64,000 nucleotides of DNA from Mobula hypostoma (taxonomy: Eukaryota), in the NCBI RefSeq assembly GCF_963921235.1, contig NC_086097.1, positions 241,182,001-241,246,000 on the forward strand. Reading direction: 5' to 3'. The notes beneath the pieces are model-generated. The model made no database searches. It saw only the letters and a list, made by a program, of their open reading frames with translations, and was not told the DNA's origin. The number at the start of each line of letters is the position of its first letter. Position 1 is the stretch's first letter. Below are positions 62,161 to 64,000 of the stretch, one piece after another. The position numbers were made by a program, and so were the translations under genes.

Positions 62161-62374
62161 ATACTGAGGTTAAGTGAAAAACTTTGTTTTGCTTGCCATC
62201 CATACAGTTAATTTCATTACAACAATTCATCGTGTTAGCATAAGGGAAACAGCAACAGAATGCAAAATAATCGGAATCAGGTTTAATATCATTGGTCTGT
62301 GTCCATGGCATTGGCTGTTGTGTTTATAATATTTAAAGTCTGTAAGTTATAGTGTGTATATGGATTAAATGGGT

Positions 62375-62785
62375 AGTGGAATGGAAATACATCTCTACCA
62401 AAGGCAGTGTAAGGTGCTCCTTCCCTCTGACAGTCTTGGGCAAGGTGTAGCACCTGCTTTGCCCCCCTCACCCCGATCAGGGTCATGTGAAGCCATGGGA
62501 GCAGGTGTGGATGGTTTTAGGAGCAGCTGGCGTGTATCACAAGTCCTGGTTATGCTACCACTGACACCAGGCAGACAGTCTCCGAAGAGTATTGATAATG
62601 GCTGGGGTCAACTGTCCTGTAAAGACACTGCCCAGAAGAAGGCAATGGTAAACCGCTTCTGTAGAAATATTTGCCAAGAATAAAAATAGTCATGGATAGA
62701 GAAAAGGATAAGGATTTAAGCAGAGGCAACGATCTGATTAAAAACAGATGCAAGACCATGATCAAATGACACAGTATGCAATGAT
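62375..62785 (+). mobile_element. SINE-like family A, copy 3
   Basis: Homologous to 6515-6880. Confidence 0.7.
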
Positions 62786-62799
62786 GAGGTGATATATAT

Positions 62800-63610
62800 T
62801 AAACAAGTTCAATTAATTAAATAGTGCAAGAAGAGAAAAAGAGGCACGAGGTAGTGCTCACCGGTTCAATGTCCATTCAAAAATCGGATGGCATTTGGGA
62901 AAAAGCTGTTCCTGAATCATTGAGTGTGAGCCTTCAGGCTTCTGTACCTCCTTCCTGATGGTAGCAATGAGTAGAGGGCATGTACTGGGTGATGGGGGTC
63001 CTGAATGATGGATGCCGCCTTTTTGAGGCATCGCTCCTTGAAGATGTCTTGGATGCTGAGGAGGCTGGTGCCCATGATGGAGCAGACTGAGTTCACAACT
63101 TTCTGCAGCTTACATTTGAAAGTGCTGCAGTTACAGAGAAAGTGCAGAGCAAGCAATCAATAAGGTGTAAAGCCATAACAAGGTCAAGAGTCCATCTTAT
63201 GATACAAGAGGACCATTCAATAGTCTATAACAGTGGGATAGAAGCTGCCCTAGAGCCTGGTGGGAGGTGCTTTCAGGCTCTTGAAACTTCTGCCCAATGG
63301 GGGGAAGGAGATGAGAGAATGCCTGAGGTAAGTGGTGCCTTTGTTTCTTTATCAGGGCTGCGAGAAGTCTAGACAGAGCCCATAGAGAGGAGCTCCATAA
63401 TGTGATGTGCTGAGCTGCATGTACAACTCTGCAGCTTCTTGTGGTCACAGGCAGAGCAGCTGCCATGCGAAGCCATGATTTATCTGCATAGAATTTATTT
63501 TTATGGTGCATTACTATATATTAGTAAGAGTTGACGGGGACATGCCAAATTTCTTTGGCCCCCTGAAAAAGTAGAGGCATTGGTGAGCCTTCTTGGCCAT
63601 GGCGTCTACA
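62800..63610 (-). mobile_element. Two Rex1 3' fragments
   Basis: ORF 62917 'ERCLKKAASIIQDPHHP...LLPSGRRYRSLK'; a second, more diverged copy at 63200-63610. Confidence 0.7.
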
Positions 63611-63617
63611 TGGTTAT

Positions 63618-64000
63618 TAGAAACATAGGAACACAGAAATCTACATCACATTACAGACCATGTAACCTACTCTAGAAACTGCCTAGAATTTCCCTACTAC
63701 ATAGCCCACTGTTTTTCTAAGCTGCACATACCTATCTAAGAGTCTCTTAAAAGACCCTATTGTATCCGCCTCTACCACCTTCTCTGGCAGTGCATTCCTC
63801 GCACCCACCACACTCTGTGTGAAAAACTTACCTCTGACATCCCCTTTGTACCCACTTCCAAGCACCTTAAAACTGCGCCCCCTCACGTTAGCCATTTCAG
63901 CCCTGGGTTAAAGGCTCTGGCTATCCACGTGATCAATGCCTCTCATCATCTTATACACCTCTATCAGGTCACCTCTCATCCTCCGTCGCCCCAAGGAGAA
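63618..64000 (-). mobile_element. CR1 3' end, runs off the window
   Basis: ORF 63683 'FFTQSVVGARNALP...FKRLLDRY'. Confidence 0.88.

Overview
Eukaryotic, transposon-saturated non-genic DNA. The repeat set (HER1/CR1-type LINEs, Rex1/Babar LINEs, V-domain SINEs, Penelope GIY-YIG tails) suggests a cartilaginous fish (shark or ray); this is inference. I found no convincing host gene, rRNA, tRNA or CRISPR, and every ORF with a recognisable protein motif is mobile-element derived. Main content: many CR1 LINE copies (three from one young subfamily), Rex1/Babar and RTE fragments, two complete LTR elements nested in CR1 (a SCAN-domain Gmr1-like Gypsy and a non-autonomous sushi/chromovirus-like element), hAT and mariner non-autonomous elements, and several SINE-like families. 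Best candidates for new biology: (1) a 489-bp non-coding retroposon with a 12-bp TSD and a (GAA)n tail whose 5' end folds into an HDV-like self-cleaving ribozyme (35013-35501, minus); (2) palindromic Penelope-derived mini-elements carrying back-to-back minimal hammerhead motifs; (3) a MER1/Charlie3-like hAT element. Family names come from motif recognition, not database searches. Boundaries without a TSD or TIR are approximate.
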